From: Amphiscolops sp. MND2022
Lineage: Eukaryota
Length of the DNA: 64,000 nucleotides
Direction of reading: 5' to 3'
Assembly (NCBI GenBank): GCA_964187785.1
Contig: OZ076418.1
Location: 4,712,001 to 4,776,000, forward strand
Both the position numbers and the translations under genes were made by a program. Position 1 is the first letter of the stretch; the number at the start of each line of letters is the position of its first letter. Below the pieces are notes generated by a model. The model was not told the DNA's origin. It worked only from the letters and a program-made list of their open reading frames with translations, and did no database searches. Shown here piece by piece: positions 1 to 14,300 of this stretch.

Positions 1-3
1 AAA

Positions 4-714
4 TTGAAAGAATGTGAGAATGATGTTCCAAAGTTGAGGAAGCAAGTAGAAAGCTTTCTTGCCAAAAGTAATGAACATATAAACACCATTCAACCAAAAT
101 TAGCGGAACTAGAATCTTGCAAAGCGGCCTTGCTACTTCAGAAGAATGCGCTTAATGATTACTTCGATAATAGATCAGCTTTGGAAGGTTTCGCTTCGAA
201 TTCTGTCTCTGATATCGATATTTCATCCATCGATTCCTTTCTTAAACTGCCCTTATCGCTTGTTGACGTTTCTTGTCTGGTTCCCCAGAAACAGGAGCCC
301 AAGTTCTTTTTCGCGAATTACAGTCGCTTCTACATCAGGTCTGATAAATGTGTCGAAATTTTGGGATCGAATTCTGTCCTTATTGACAAATACGTTTTCT
401 CGATATCTGCTGTACAGAATAAAGATGGTGGCAAGCGTACTTTTTTGGGCCTGAAATTAATCTGTTTAGAAGCGCCTCCTCATACTGACAATTGGAAGTT
501 GCGTGTGAAAATTAAAGTCGCACTTCTTAATCAGCCCAAGAACAGACGCGGAGCTCATAAGATACAGGAGTTTCAGAAAGAGTTCACTAAAACGGATGGC
601 ATGCATGGTCTGAATGTGATCTTATGGTCACAGCTATTGGATCCTGTCAATGAATGGTTGAATAAAGATGACAGTTTTGACATCAATTGTATCGTTTCGA
701 CGGCCAATCAATGA
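4..714 (+). CDS. Coiled-coil + MATH (TRAF-like fold) domain protein, 3' portion (5' end outside window)
   Basis: Frame open from the window edge. Heptad-like N-terminal part is followed by a MATH-like beta sandwich (FLGLKLIC...WKLRVKIKVALLNQ...GLNVILWSQLLDPVNEWLNKDDSFDINCIV). Confidence 0.7.
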   Translation: MKECENDVPKLRKQVESFLAKSNEHINTIQPKLAELESCKAALLLQKNALNDYFDNRSALEGFASNSVSDIDISSIDSFLKLPLSLVDVSCLVPQKQEPKFFFANYSRFYIRSDKCVEILGSNSVLIDKYVFSISAVQNKDGGKRTFLGLKLICLEAPPHTDNWKLRVKIKVALLNQPKNRRGAHKIQEFQKEFTKTDGMHGLNVILWSQLLDPVNEWLNKDDSFDINCIVSTANQ

Positions 715-1119
715 ACTTTTTTGCATACTATTATTTGGTGCTATTCTGCGGCCTGGGAATGAATAATGTTAGATAAGCGATATTGCAATCTTTCAATGTA
801 ATGGATAGTATGCTGTGTTCGCCTACTGCTTCATATATGCAATAATGCGTAGACTGTTTGAAAAATCGAATCGATCTTTTGTGTAATATAAATTGCATCT
901 ATACTTCTCATGAAAAAGGAATTTTACTGTTAAGGGTCCATTTTTAGTCGCTTGATGAAATGAAACGCTACTATCATAAGGACTTTCATGCCCAATGCCA
1001 AAATTTCGAAAATTACAAAAAATACTACAAATTGAAAATTGCTAGGTCAAGTGGTCCCCTTTTCTTTTTTTTTCGGCACTGTTTTGCTTTAATAAACAGT
1101 TGATTTTAGGCACTGTATA

Positions 1120-1295
1120 CAGTAGGGGGCTTTTATAACGACACTGAGGGGCAGTTGATTTTAATGTCGGCATAAAAACCGTTGCTATAAAGATTGTCGT
1201 TACAAGCATTTATATTGTTATATGACAGGAATTTGGAAGATGGTCGTTATAAAGGCTCGTCGTTATAAAACACTCCGTTATAAACACCCCTACTG
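1120..1295. mobile_element. MITE, Tc1/mariner-type
   Basis: Imperfect terminal inverted repeats CAGTAGGGGGCTTTTATAACG / CGTTATAAACACCCCTACTG flanked by TA on both sides; internal CGTTATAA repeats. Confidence 0.7.
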
Positions 1296-1625
1296 TATAT
1301 TGTTTTATCCAAATAAAAATATTGAGTAAAAAACGCTCGCAAAATTCAAATATTGAAATTGCTTCAGGAGAAATTTACTTGGAATTGAAAGATTGAATTC
1401 TTCGGGGTTTGTGATAAATTGACTTAAATTCATCGCAAAAACTTGTGGAAATGGTAGGTGAACTTTCTGATATTTTGACTTCATTCGCAGTTGCAAAAAT
1501 ATTAACGATGCCCGAAGTAGCCAATTTTGTTGAATGATTTTTCAGATCATCATTGTTTCCATTTTGACTCGCCGTCTTTCTATGTGCTCTCAAAGCTTCT
1601 TCGCCTGTCACTGATCTGTTTTTTT

Positions 1626-2110
1626 AGTCGGCGCGTTTTCCGCCCGACTATTACAGTGACTAGTGACACTTTTTTTTTACAGAACTACTAAACTACTGGA
1701 CTGGCAAGCGGAAACGCATCTAAGTTAGTGCAAAGGATCCCTTTTTCATTCACTCCATTTTTAACGGTAGATACAAAACCAGACGAGACTATATGGTCAT
1801 TTGAATTTTTTTCGGCACTGTGCTTTTTATCGAATTTTTTTGTCGCCAAAGGCTCTCCCCTTCCAAGTTTTTCGGCACTATGAGACTGTTTCAAAATTCT
1901 CATTTTTCGTTTTTTTTTCGAAAATTTTCCAAAAATTTTTTTTCGAATTTTTGAAAATGTCTCCAAAGGGTCCCCTCTTCAAGTTTTTTGATATTTTGCA
2001 GTAAACTGAAGTTTACAGTAAACTGAAGAAGGGTCCCTTTTTACAATTTTGAAAACTTGGCGCTTTTTGAATCTAGATATAGCGCCGACTTTAGACGTTC
2101 CCGTCTTGTT
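1626..2110 (+). mobile_element. Non-autonomous Helentron/HINE (DINE-1-like) element
   Basis: 5' subterminal AGTCGGCGC plus nearby partial inverted CCCGACT; 3' GCGCCGACT then AGACG-TTCC-CGTCT hairpin; T-rich flanks; internal AAGGGTCCC subrepeats. Confidence 0.6.
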
Positions 2111-2121
2111 TTCAGACTAGA

Positions 2122-2312
2122 ATGGCGGTCGGGTCCGTAGAGGAGCCCGTTGCTGCTCCCCGCAAGCACCAGTCGGCGGGGGGCGAGTCGTTCGTGTGGC
2201 CGACCACAGACCTCGCCGTGAACAATGGCAAGAAACACCCGCTCAGAGTGTCTGTCCCCAAACACGACCCCCTTGTGAACATCAAGGCGTCTCACAAGTC
2301 ACAACTCTCCAG
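2122..2312 (+). CDS. VPS35L: VPS35L coding exon 1
   Basis: ATG at 2122, HPL/DPL motifs, AG|GTAACC donor in phase 2. Confidence 0.75.
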
Positions 2313-5300
2313 GTAACCTCATTATTTTTAGTCGGCGCTTTTCGTAGAAAACGCTGACTATAGCAGTGACTTTTCTTTTTTAAGACCAACGAAGTGACAG
2401 ATTTTTAAAGTTTTATAAGCTGACTAACACTAACTGCCACACTACTTCTACTGGCACTTGGCATAGAGGTTAAGCCTAATGGACCTGGGCGTTTTGCAAA
2501 AATTCAAAAATTCGGATTAAAAATATTAAATAATTAATATCTCCACAACTACGCGTACCAGAGAAACGAACTTAAGCGCGTTTGAAAGGTCTGGTATTGG
2601 GCTTTTATTTTGATTAGCTGAGCCCCTGTCGCCGCGCGCCCCCTCCTTCAGAATTTTAGTTTCTTTTTCCGGTACCGCCGCTTGGTGCGGCCCGCTGCGC
2701 GGGGGGCTTGTAGTAACAACAGAATATAATTGGGACTTGTTGTACAAGCGTGCGGGTTTGGTTTTTGCTATGGGTCACGATTTTTTGAGAAAATTGGATT
2801 TCGCCAGAAACTGAAATTTAGAAAAAAAAACAATTTTTTGTGCAAAAAAACTCATTTTTGTCAGTTTTGGAGACATATTTACTCTTCCTAATGCTTGTGC
2901 CGTTCAAATCAGTCTAGGTACCAATGAACTGTTGAATAAAAACTGTGCTAGAGAATATGGGCTGCTGGCAAACGGAATCAGAAATTGAAAAAAATGGTAG
3001 GCTGCTTTAAAGCTTTTTTTTGGATTTTTTTCTCCAATTTTTTTCTTATGCGGGTACTGCAGAAGAGAATACTTTGACACTTTGAAGTCCTTTTGCTATT
3101 TCTGAACCTTGGATATGGCGCCGACTTGGGCCGTTCCCGGCTTGTTTTTTATTATGGATTTACAGATGGTTGAGGATGATTATATATACTACAAAAATAT
3201 AACTCACACTACAAAAAACAATTTCCGACTAATCAACCACACAAACTGAAGGGATTGCTCGCAAACAAAAAATCGCCAAGAAGGCGGCATAAGTCATTGT
3301 TTCATCAAAAACCATTTCGGAGTTTTGCAATTTCCTGACCGGAGTTTTCCAGCACAGGGTCCAATTTACTTATGCTCAACCAGTTTTTACTGCATTTGAT
3401 ATGCAGGCTGAAGAGAAAAGCACATGACACGTGTTACTTTCATATGTGAAAATAATTTTAAAAGTTTCAGACTAGCCTGAATAAAAGTAAAACCTTCCAA
3501 AACAAAAGGTTAACTTCTATTGGAATAGGTTTTCGTTTGACAAAAACCTTTTTTCACTCATTTTGACTGATTATGTTGAAAATCAACCGTTTCTTGTCAG
3601 AAAACAGGAAGCTATTGACAAATCCTAACCAAAAATGAGTGACTTCATAGAGAAAAATAATGTGAAAAAAGTTTGCATTATCAATTCTAGACTGTCACCC
3701 TGAGAATGAATTAAAAATTGAAGGTTTCTGGATCGGTTTCATGTCTTCTTGGTTTAATATTTTCACTAAATTTCATATTGAAAACAATTTCATTTTGAAA
3801 ACAAAATTTCATTTTGAAAACAAAAATTACGGACAAAAAAATCTTCCGAGTGAGTTCTCCAACCCCTCTAGGAAGGGGCAATTCCTCAATAGCACCCAAA
3901 TCGAATGAATACTTTTTTGGCAGACCTTTTCCGGACATGATCCTAAGCATCCCACTTTATTTCATTTTTGATCCTATGGATTTTACCGCGTTTCATTGAT
4001 GTATGTATTTTTATACTAATGTTATCGCAATATCTTCATTTTAATTCAGTTTACATCTTTTTTATATTTTGAAAAAAAATAGTGCCGGGGTTTAACAGAA
4101 AAGACCTTATATGCAGGGTTGGTCATTTGTTTGTTTTTTAATCAAATAAAACAAACAAACAGTTTTTTATGGAATTAAACATGTTTTTTTTGTTTTCTAT
4201 TGTTTTTTTATAAAATTTCCACGTCAAACTGAGAAAACGGATATTATTGTTTCTTAATCTTTAATTGCATTAAATGTAAATTAAAGAAAATTATTTCTTG
4301 TTTAATTGGCAATACAAAAAGCAGAGTTTGGCTACCTTTTCGTTATCCAGTTGGCATTTCAGCTTTTTTGAATATACGAATTTTTGAACATAATTGATAC
4401 ACATATCAGATTCAAAAAATAAGGGGTGAAAACAATCGAAAACAAAAAACAATAAATTATCTTATTCAAATCTCATAATGTTGAATAAAATGTTTGAAAA
4501 CGTTTTTCATTGGCGTGTTTTAAATAAAACATTGTTTTAAAACATTTAGACGGGCCAACCCTGCCTATATGTGAATATTCCTTTTGTGAATATTGATTGT
4601 TGTGTGTGTGTACCAATCAGGTCTTCGACAAGTGTGAGTGCCCTGAAGATGCCAGTGACAGTGTCTTACCAGGGAGACGCCACTCACGACCCCCTCTCGT
4701 TGATGGCGGCCCAGGCGCACAATGTGCTCAAGTCCTCTGCTGTCCTACCACCACCATCATCCACAGACCCCCTGGGGGGCGCCAATCTCTCTGTGCCCGA
4801 GAGGGGCGCGTCCAGAGGGACCTCATTTGCCCACTCAGAGGTTGGTCTACTCCAAGGCTGCTGCATCATACAAATAGCGCATCTTGTTTGCTAATGTCCC
4901 CCCCCCCCAAACTACAAATTTATTATTGTATTACCCCAAGGTTCATTCTCTGATGCTGCAAACTGGTTCTGTCCAGAATCAAAATCAACTTGGTCAATAC
5001 AGTAGGCTGGGGGCATTGGGCATTAGCAAACAAGATCCCGAATAGTTTAGCTGATACGACAATGATATCAGTGATCTATTATAGCACGATATTGTTTAGT
5101 CAGCGCTTCCATTTAAGACTAAAATCGCCAGACTATTTATTACAGTAACTTTTTTCAAGACAGACGCGAACGCGGCATGGTTGGTGTTTTATATGGCAGT
5201 TGACGTTGGCTCAAGTAGGAATTCCGAATCAGAGTTCGAATCTCGCTCCTATCCAATTTTTTATGCCAACTTATGAGTTGTTCTCGGCTTGTTTCCAATT

Positions 5301-8300
5301 GAAATCTCGAACAAAAAGTGAAAATGTTTATTAATAATTTTATTACCTTTATCTGCAATTTGTCTCAAGAAAGAAGGTCGGTCTTCTGTCACAGGCCTAT
5401 GGTTCCTCTGTTTTGCTTCAGTGAAAGCAGGAATAATATAGAAATCTGAAAAATACAATTTTTTCAGTCGACTTCTGCTCGTGATTCCGAGTACCTACTG
5501 AAAAATTCAGATATTTGGTTCGGCAGTTCCGACGGACAATTCACTTCTCGTGCGATGAAACGAGCTAGTGTTAATTATGCTTTCGTACGCCGAGTCATTG
5601 AGATGAAGCGAACGAGTGTTAATTATTTATTCTTTCGCCGAAAGAGCTTCGTCTGCATTCAAATGCGAATGCGAAGCTTCGTCTACGCTTAGTACATTAG
5701 TGTAAGAAAAGAAGTGAACCCTTATTTGTAAGAAATAATTTGGACTGTTAACAAAGCCAACATTTTACATGGTGATTTCTTTCAATCTGTATTTTGCTCA
5801 TGAATTTAAGGGACTGGAAAGACAAATTGAATGTTTAAGATAATCGGTACAATCGTCTTACATAGCAGATTCTTCTGATATTAATTTTATCGGTGAGAAA
5901 TCTAAAACCGAAAATATAATCCACAATCTTTGCAAAAAATAGCGTAGTGACTTACGTATTACGATAGTGAATGGAATGAAATAATAGAAAACCCCCGAAA
6001 AAGCTATATAATACCAATTGTCCTGATGTAAGACGAATGTCTTCGGGAAATGAAGAAGTACCTGCCAAATGAAAAAATTGTAAATTAGGTGCCAAATGTT
6101 ACAAAATTGTTTAAAATGATGTCCCTGTGCCAATGCAGTAGTAAATACAATCAATGAAATAGAGAAGTTTCTTCATTGTGTGCAAACCTACATTTCAAGT
6201 GCCCAATAAAACTTTAGAATGCTTGTTTATTTGATTTTTAAATAACTTGGACGATAGCAGAAATCAAAGCTAGTTTTGTTTTGGTCCATTTTTTAAAGGT
6301 TCAGTTTATTTCTTACACTATTGTAGTTATATTTTCTTTAGTCCGAGAAGAATTAAATGCCGTGTAAACTGGTACAGTCATTAATGGTGCGCAATATAGC
6401 GATTAAGCAGGAGTGTATAGTTATTCCAGATATGCTTCTATTATATAAAAGGAAAACCCTAAAAGCAGAAATAATACAGTGCTCCGCAGGGGCCTATTTT
6501 TAGTCGGCGCCTTTACCTTTAAGGAAAAAAGCCCGACTATTACAGTGGGTAGTTTTTTCAGTCCTTACTGAATGGTCCATTTTTCTGTTTCATTTGTTCA
6601 ACTTTTTAACCGAGATATTTTAGTTCGGATGTAACGGACTCAAAGTTTGGACGTAGCGTTTTCAAAGTTTGGGTATAATGTTTTCAAAGTTCGGATATAA
6701 TGTTTTCAAAGTTCAGATATACCGTTTCCATTTTTCCCCAAAATTTTGTCAATTTTTTCCCTAAAATTTCACATAATTTGTTATGCCTTAGATATGGCGC
6801 TGACTTGGGGCGTTCCCGGCTTGTTAAAAATTAACAATTTGTGCACTTTTGCAGTTGCAAGTTTTAAGCACCCCCGAAAGTCTGTTATACTTACAAACTA
6901 TACAGTGTTGAATTGCAGCACGAGGATTCGAGTGACTTTGGTGCCGCGGCAGCAGCTGGGACAGGGAAAGACGGGGGTGAGTTGTTTGTGCCGTGGTCGC
7001 TGAAGAGACTGGAAGTGCTGGAGAAGTTCACCACCAGCGAGAAGCTCTCCATCTCTCTCGAGGGGGCAGCAGGAGGGCTGTCCAAGACGACCACCGGGTC
7101 CGCCGTGGAGGAGAAGATAGCCCGGAGACTGGACCAGCTGGATGAAATGGGTTGGTACTTTTTCTGCAAGCATCTGTCGTCGCATTTCACTTCCAAGGTC
7201 TTGAAAGACAAGGCATTATTCTTGCAGATATCTTGGAAGATCTCGCAGGAAAATGTCTGAATCTTGGAAGAACCTTGGAAGTAAATGCCGGTTCTTGGAA
7301 GTCACATGGGAGAAAATTTTTACAGCATTAGCGAAACAAATATACATGTATTCAAAGAGTTTAACTGTATTTATTATAATTGCATTTAATACGCTCGAAA
7401 ACAAAGATAAAAAGTCTCCAGTCACTAGAAATTGTTCGCTTACTTACATAATAGATACGCACTCTTAGGGATGATCTTACGGTTCAATACATCTAGAACA
7501 TAGATGGCTTTTAATCGAAAAAAGGGGCTCAAACCCACGACCACTGTGTTCCCCCTAAGCCGATTAAAGTGTACTAAAAAGTGGTACATGCAAGGTGAGC
7601 TCTGTGGTCTGACAAAAAAACCTAGTCACTGTAATAGTCGGACTTTTTCTACTAGAAGAGCGCCTACTAAAAATGAGAATGCATAAAACTGATGGCTTTC
7701 GATGATGAATTCAAACGTTATGTTGGATGAATTTGAGTAAGGACGTGAGTCCCCCCACCGTTTGTTTCCCTAGCCATGGAGACGGGGATGACGGGGGGCA
7801 AGGACCTGACGCAGCGGGAGTACATGGGCAAGATCGAGGAGATGAACAGTGCGCTGATGGCTGCGTGGAGCAACGAGGAGAAGGTGAAGAGTCTCAAGAT
7901 CGCGATCCAGTGCACCAAACTGCTCTCGGACACCTCCGTCACCGAGTTCTACCCCAGCAAGTTCGTGCTCGTCACAGACATCGTCGACACCTTCGGAAAA
8001 CTCATTCACTCCCGGATTATGAGGTGGGTGTTACGGTCACATTTATACTCTTACATGCAAGGTTCTTTCAAGTTTGTGGGGAAAACTGAAATGATGTCCG
8101 AAACTTGGTTGCAGTCATTTGAAAAACGTATTCACAGTTCTTGAACAGTCGATTATAAAACTTTTCATGCTTCTTAGTTTGCCATCTAAGTTCAAAAAAC
8201 TTTGTCAAGAAAGAATCCACCGATGAATCTTATCTGAAAGTTGATTTCGTTTGAATGTTTTTGTATTTCTGAGAATAGACTATAGATTGAATCGATTTTG

Positions 8301-11300
8301 GTTTTTTTGAGGTAGTGTTGTACTTCCGAAACGTTCCAAGTGCCCCTTTCTCGGCTTTCGAAGTGTGACTGCGGCATCATTTTTATTTTTGTCGGCCCTT
8401 TTTGAAGAAAAAGCAGCAGACTTACAGTGACTATTTTTTTTCTCCGGTTCACCCTGAAGCGTCCTTGTTTTATGCTTGCTTTCACTCAAGGGTTCATCAT
8501 TCTTTTTCGGCATCTTTGGGCAATGTGAGATTGACAAAAAGTTTCTCGAAAATTCTTGAGCCGTTTTGGAAAACTTAGCTGCGTTTGAGTCTCAACCGGG
8601 CACCGACTTGGGCCGTTCCTGGCTTGGTATGGTCAGTGACAAAAATAACGCATTTGGCGAAGAAAAGCTAAACTAAAAAAGCAACGGTGAGAAGTCAGAC
8701 CTTTGTGACCTTGAGCAAGTCACTTTGATTGCAACCACAGTCTTTAGTCGACCAATACTTGGCTGCAAATATGTTACCATAGCTTGCTGTGGGGAGATCC
8801 GAAATGGCGTAGACTTAGGAAAGCAGAACTGCTTATTCGGCGTCCATCCCTCGGAATTGAGGAAATTATTTTTTTCAACTTTCATTCCGTGGAGTTGGCA
8901 CGGAATAACCAGTTCTGCTTTTCTAAGTCAGTGCCCTTTCGGATACTATCTCCCCATATCAAGCTATTATGGCACCACATTTGCAACCAAATGATCAAGT
9001 AATCGGGGACTTGAAGCTGTGGTTTCAGCCAAATGGTCAAGCAATGTTTTTTTCTCCCCCACCGCCAATTTAAAACATTTAGTGGAAGTAAAGACTCAAT
9101 AAACTAAAAATAAAGTAGAAATACTCAATTGTGAAGTAATTCTCGTGTTTACAGTTTATGATCCAGATCCAAACTTTGTTCATAGATTTTTCTCCTATGA
9201 ATTCGCACATTGTTGGTTAGGAAATCACTACTGATTGGTTATTCGCCCGTCCACCCCGCGGAATAGGGGAATTAATCTTTCTTCCTTTTTTGTTATGTTG
9301 GTAAATTGACAAACGATGTTTTAATCCCAATTGATCTGGGCCTTTTTGCAAATTTTCAAAAAATCTGATTAAAAATTTGAATCAGTAATGTCCCCAACTA
9401 CACATGCCACAGAAATGAACTATAGCGCTTTTGAGAAGTCTGGTATTGGGCTTTCATTTTGGTCAGGTGAGCCCCTGTCGCCGCGCCCCATTCTTCAGAA
9501 TTTAAGTTTTTTCCGGTATTGCTGGTATCGAAGTGCCAAGGAACGGCCAAAGTCGGCGCTATATTTAAAGATCAAAAAGCGTTAATTTTTTAAAATTGTA
9601 AAAAGGGGGACCCTTTGGGCTTTTTGAAACTCCAGTTTGTTGCAATATATGAAAAAAATTGAAGGGGGACCTTTTAGAGACATTTAAAAAACTTTTGAAC
9701 AGTGTCACAGTAATGTAAAAGGGGACCCTTTGGGATTTTTTAGCATCCATTCTGTTGCAAAATATCGAAACAAATGAAGAGGGCACCCTTTGGCACAATC
9801 CAAAAATTTTCAGAAAAAAAGTCTCATAGTCCCGAAGAAAAATCCAAGTGAAACACACCAAGATCGCCAAAGGGTGATCCTTCAAGGTTAGTGTTTTCGA
9901 GGTTCTAGACGTCGGTTTTGTTTTTTCTTATTTTGGACGAGCTTCTGAGGTTCGATTGTTTTGAACCTCCGTAGTTCAAGTTGTTGAACAAATGAACAAT
10001 AAAGTAGACTTTACGCGTCCAAAAAACTACCCACTGTAAGAGTCGGGCACTTTTCTTCAAAAGCCCCGACTAAAAAGAGTGTTATGTGTGTGTGTTTACA
10101 GCAAAGCGATGTCGCTACCGGACAACTTCGTGCCCGAGATGGTGCCGCAGAGTGCGAAGGAGCTGTGTCGCAACTGGTTCTACAAGATCTACTCCATCCG
10201 CGAGATGCTGCCCCGTCTGTACGTGGAGGCCTCCGTTCTCAAGTGTTACCAGTTCCTCACCCTCGGCGAGTACAAGGGCGCTCTCGCACGCATCACCAAG
10301 ATGATCCGAGGTATTGTTACTTGCACTTGTTATTTCGTCGTCCAATCAGATTTGAGATGGACTTAATATTCGTTCTTCGTAAAGATGATCAGAAGTATTC
10401 TATGCTTGTGTGATTGGGTAGACATCGAACTACGGAGCTGAATTTCTGTGAGGATGTTCTGTTTTGTTCAAACATGCATTGGGCTATTGTTTTACGCCGG
10501 GCTTCAAATATAAGAGATGTATAGGATGGATAAGAGCGACTCAGCATTCTCGATACTTTTCGAGGTTGTTATTCAGAATAGTTTGATGATTGAATCTACG
10601 AATACTTCAATCTACGAAGTTCGATGTTGAAACGCTACTTGGAGAACAGTTTGTTTCTATTATTTCTGCGGTAGCAGGAATATTATTGAAATCTCAAGAA
10701 TTCTACTTTTTTTCAGTCCAATTCTTGTCGTGGTACTGAAAAAGTCAGATATTTGTTCGGCAGTGACTGTAAGCGTGAGAATTAAATTTCTCAAGCTGCC
10801 GACGACAATTCAATTCTCGTGCGATGGAACGAGCGAATGTTCGTAATTATGCTTTCGTACGCCGAGTTATTGAGATGAAGCGAATTAGTGTCAATTATTC
10901 GTTCGTTGAGAGCTTCGCCTGCATTCAAATCCGAATGCGAGACTTCGTCTACGCTTAGTAGTTATACTATTTTCTTTAGTCCGAGATTTAAAGGCGGTAT
11001 AAACTGGTACAGTGATTAATTGTGCGCTAACTTATGATTAAACAGGAGTGTATTGGTATTCCAGATGTGATTCGATTATTAATGAAAGATTAAAGCAGAA
11101 ATTATAGTGTGCCCCGGAGGGCCCTGTTTTAGAAAAGATAGATGAGAAAGACTCAATTTCTTATCGACTACTTTCTGCATGAACCTTCGAAGTTTTTGTA
11201 TGAGCCTTCAGAGTTTCTTTCCTAATTTGCCATTTTGTTTAAAAAGCAATAAGAACCACGCGTAATCAAACCACGAATTAGTTTTTTAAGCTTGTTTGTG

Positions 11301-14300
11301 CCCACAGTGCAGAGGGGGCGTGTCGGTAAAGATTAATGAAAAAAATCGCAAAAAGATCAGGTGTCAAAACGCGGCAAGCCGCGTATCCTCCTTACAGTGT
11401 CAGTAACGGTAAAAACAAATTCTGAAAACATTGACAAGTGGAGGATGATTTATAAACTAGGTCATCGTATCTCAATTTTATTGAACGTCCGGAGAAAAAA
11501 AAGGTGTTGATTCTAGGATTAGCATAAGCCACCCCCCCTGAAGGATTGTCAAGTTCAAGGACAGTTTTTGCACACTGACATGTTCCTAATAGTAATAATA
11601 ATTGAATTCATGTGATATTTGATTAAAAAGATAGACAAGCAAACACAAGTTTGGAAAAACAAACACCAGAAAAGACCTCCAAGGGCAAACGCCCTCTTAA
11701 CGGAGGCTTAGCAAAATTAAATGATTAACAGACTGGAGGAGTGTCAATTTTTTTCAATTTTTTTGTTTTCAATAATCTGTTGTGATTGTGTGTCTGCTGT
11801 TGGTTAGGTTCCTAATAGTAATAATAATTGAATTCATCTGATATTTGATTAAAAAGATAGACAAGCAAACACAAGTTTGGAAAAACAAGCACGAGAAGAG
11901 ACCTCCAAGGGCAAACGCCCTCTTAACGGAGGCTTAGCAAAATTAAATGATTAACAGACTGGAGGAGTGTCAATTTTTTTCAATTTTTTTGTTTTCAATA
12001 ATCTGTTGTGATTGTGTGTCTGCTGTTGGTTAGGTTCCTAATAGTAATAATAATTGAATTCATCTGATATTTGATTAAAAAGATAGACAAGCAAACACAA
12101 GTTTGGAAAAACAAGCACGAGAAGAGACCTCCAAGGGCAAACGCCCTCTTAACGGAGGCTTAGCAAAATTAAATGATTAACAGACTGGAGGAGTGTCAAT
12201 TTTTTTCAATTTTTTTGTTTTCAATAATCTGTTGTGATTGTGTGTCTGCTGTTGGTTAGGTTCCTAATAGTAATAATAATTGAATTCATGTGATATTTGA
12301 TTAAAAAGATAGACAAGCAAACACAAGTTTGGAAAAACAAACACCAGAAAAGACCTCCAAGGGCAAACGCCCTCTTAACGGAGGCTTAGCAAAATTAAAT
12401 GATTAACAGACTGGAGGAGCGTCAATTTTTTTCAATTTTTTTGTTTTCAATAATCTGTTGTGATTGTGTGTCTGCTGTTGGTTAGGTTCCTAATAGTAAT
12501 AATAATTGAATTCATCTGATATTTGATTAAAAAGATAGACAAGCAAACACAAGTTTGGAAAAACAAGCACGAGAAGAGACCTCCAAGGGCAAACGCCCTC
12601 TTAACGGAGGCTTAGCAAAATTAAATGATTAACAGACTGGAGGAGTGTCAATTTTTTTCAATTTTTTTGTTTTCAATATTCTGTTGTGATTGTGTGTCTG
12701 CTGTTGGTTAGGTTCCTAATAGTAATAATAATTGAATTCATGTGATATTTGATTAAAAAGATAGACAAGCAAACACAAGTTTGGAAAAACAAACACCAGA
12801 AAAGACCTCCAAGGGCAAACGCCCTCTTAACGGAGGCTTAGCAAAATTAAATGATTAACAGACTGGAGGAGTGTCACTTTTTTTCAATTTTTTGTTTTCA
12901 ATAATCTGTTGTGATTGTGTGTCTGCTGTTGGTTAGGTTCCTAATAGTAATAATAATTGAATTCATCTGATATTTGATTAAAAAGATAGACAAGCAAACA
13001 CAAGTTTGGAAAAACAAGCACGAGAAGAGACCTCCAAGGGCAAACGCCCTCTTAACGGAGGCTTAGCAAAATTAAATGATTAACAGACTGGAGGAGTGTC
13101 AATTTTTTTGTTTTCAATAATCTGTTGTGATTGTGTGTCTGCTGTTGGTTAGGTTCCTAATAGTAATAATAATTGAATTCATCTGATATTTGATTAAAAA
13201 GATAGACAAGCAAACACAAGTTTGGAAAAACAAGCACGAGGAGACCTCCAAGGGCAAACGCCCTCTTAACGGAGGCTTAGCAAAATTAAATGATTAACAG
13301 ACTGGAGGAGTGTCAATTTTTTTCAATTTTTTTGTTTTCAATAATCTGTTGTGATTGTGTGTCTGCTGTTGGTTAGGTTCCTAATAGTAATAATAATTGA
13401 ATTCATGTGATATTTGATTAAAAAGATAGACAAGCAAACACAAGTTTGGAAAAACAAACACCAGAAAAGACCTCCAAGGGCAAACGCCCTCTTAACGGAG
13501 GCTTAGCAAAATTAAATGATTAACAGACTGGAGGAGTGTCAATTTTTTTCAATTTTTTTGTTTTCAATAATCTGTTGTGATTGTGTGTCTGCTGTTGGTT
13601 AGGTTCCTAATAGTAATAATAATTGAATTCATGTGATATTTGATTAAAAAGATAGACAAGCAAACACAAGTTTGGAAAAACAAACACCAGAAAAGACCTC
13701 CAAGGGCAAACGCCCTCTTAACGGAGGCTTAGCAAAATTAAATGATTAACAGACTGGAGGAGTGTCAATTTTTTTCAATTTTTTTGTTTTCAATAATCTG
13801 TTGTGATTGTGTGTCTGCTGTTGGTTAGGTTCCTAATAGTAATAATAATTGAATTCATCTGATATTTGATTAAAAAGATAGACAAGCAAACACAAGTTTG
13901 GAAAAACAAGCACGAGAAGAGACCTCCAAGGGCAAACGCCCTCTTAACGGAGGCTTAGCAAAATTAAATGATTAACAGACTGGAGGAGTGTCAATTTTTT
14001 TCAATTTTTTTGTTTTCAATAATCTGTTGTGATTGTGTGTCTGCTGTTGGTTAGGTTCCTAATAGTAATAATAATTGAATTCATGTGATATTTGATTAAA
14101 AAGATAGACAAGCAAACACAAGTTTGGAAAAACAAACACCAGAAAAGACCTCCAAGGGCAAACGCCCTCTTAACGGAGGCTTAGCAAAATTAAATGATTA
14201 ACAGACTGGAGGAGCGTCAATTTTTTTCAATTTTTTTGTTTTCAATAATCTGTTGTGATTGTGTGTCTGCTGTTGGTTAGGTATCGGAGACCCTTTGGTG

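Noticed and set aside
4-714. Host MATH gene as donor of the retroelement TRAF domain
   Set aside because: It lacks the TRAF-specific SPPF, GY and WPF motifs and shows no visible similarity; proximity is probably coincidental.
11582-14280. Tandem arrays (226-bp, 86-bp LTR repeats, RNA modules) as CRISPR arrays
   Set aside because: No unique spacers between short constant repeats, no cas genes, eukaryotic context.
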